In this document: piece by piece, positions 14,433 through 14,502 of the stretch
Numbering within the stretch: position 1 is the stretch's first letter
How the letters are laid out: the number at the start of each line of letters is the position of its first letter
Assembly (NCBI RefSeq): GCF_001945605.1
Contig: NZ_MPKA01000142.1
Coordinates: 1 to 14,502 of the forward strand
Reading direction: 5' to 3'
DNA: 14,502 nucleotides
From: Dubosiella newyorkensis
GTDB taxonomy: Bacteria; Bacillota_I; Bacilli_A; Erysipelotrichales; Erysipelotrichaceae
Notes under the pieces: generated by a model
Databases searched by the model: none
Told to the model about the DNA's origin: nothing
What the model saw: the letters and a program-made list of their open reading frames with translations, nothing else
Translations under genes and position numbers: made by a program

Positions 14433-14502
14433 TTAGACGCCTTTTCTTTCTTTTATGAATTTCGCCACATTTTTCCCGTTGGCATTTTTGACGATTTTGT
14501 TC
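14433..14502 (-). CDS. 3' end of an unidentified minus-strand gene running off the window
   Basis: The minus-strand frame reads ...NKIVKNANGKNVAKFIKERKGV* with the stop at 14435-14433. Only 22 codons are visible, so no product call is possible. Confidence 0.3.
   Translation of the reverse strand, partial: NKIVKNANGKNVAKFIKERKGV

Noticed and set aside
14403-14455. Nested hairpin (AAAGGCG...CCTTTA-TT-TAAAGG...CGCCTTT) followed by a T-rich tract on the plus strand
   Set aside because: The geometry is terminator-like, but only for plus-strand transcription, and no plus-strand gene ends here. On the minus strand the stem overlaps the stop codon of the partial gene and is followed by only three T residues. 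Orientation and function remain unresolved.
1-14502. CRISPR arrays, rRNA or tRNA genes, IS elements or transposases
   Set aside because: No spaced direct repeats, no cloverleaf-compatible segments, no rRNA-like conserved stretches and no DDE or recombinase-like ORFs were seen on either strand.

Overview
This window looks like a low-GC Gram-positive (Bacillota-type) chromosome. All calls come from reading motifs by eye; no searches were run.

Positions 1-7540 are a co-directional housekeeping block of roughly 45-55% GC. It contains the 3' end of a Mur-ligase-like gene, rpsU, a phoH-like ATPase, a YebC/PmpR-family gene, and a T-box leader with its terminator. These are followed by hisS, aspS, a pyruvate-kinase homologue that lacks the C-terminal domain, and a nucleotidyltransferase. 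The last four genes are tightly or translationally coupled.

Positions ~7540-13595 are a sharply AT-rich accessory island. Sampled 60-nt lines give ~17% GC at 9661-9720 and ~57% at 1021-1080. I recognised no integrase, transposase or flanking tRNA. The island appears to encode a complete regulated radical-SAM RiPP cassette:
- a divergent 418-aa HTH+TPR (RNPP/NprR-like) regulator;
- a radical SAM/SPASM maturase;
- a 44-aa precursor peptide ORF missing from the supplied ORF track (10726-10860). It has an acidic helical leader, an NGG/AGGG glycine hinge and the core ...IVCYCKT. Its SD and first codons lie inside the maturase gene;
- a 118-aa ORF with a JAMM/JAB-like E...HxH...SxxD pattern;
- a translationally coupled ABC exporter with no C39 peptidase domain.

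The right flank returns to core-like GC. It carries a LytTR+PAS one-component regulator on the minus strand and the 3' end of another minus-strand gene. I saw no rRNA, tRNA or CRISPR array.
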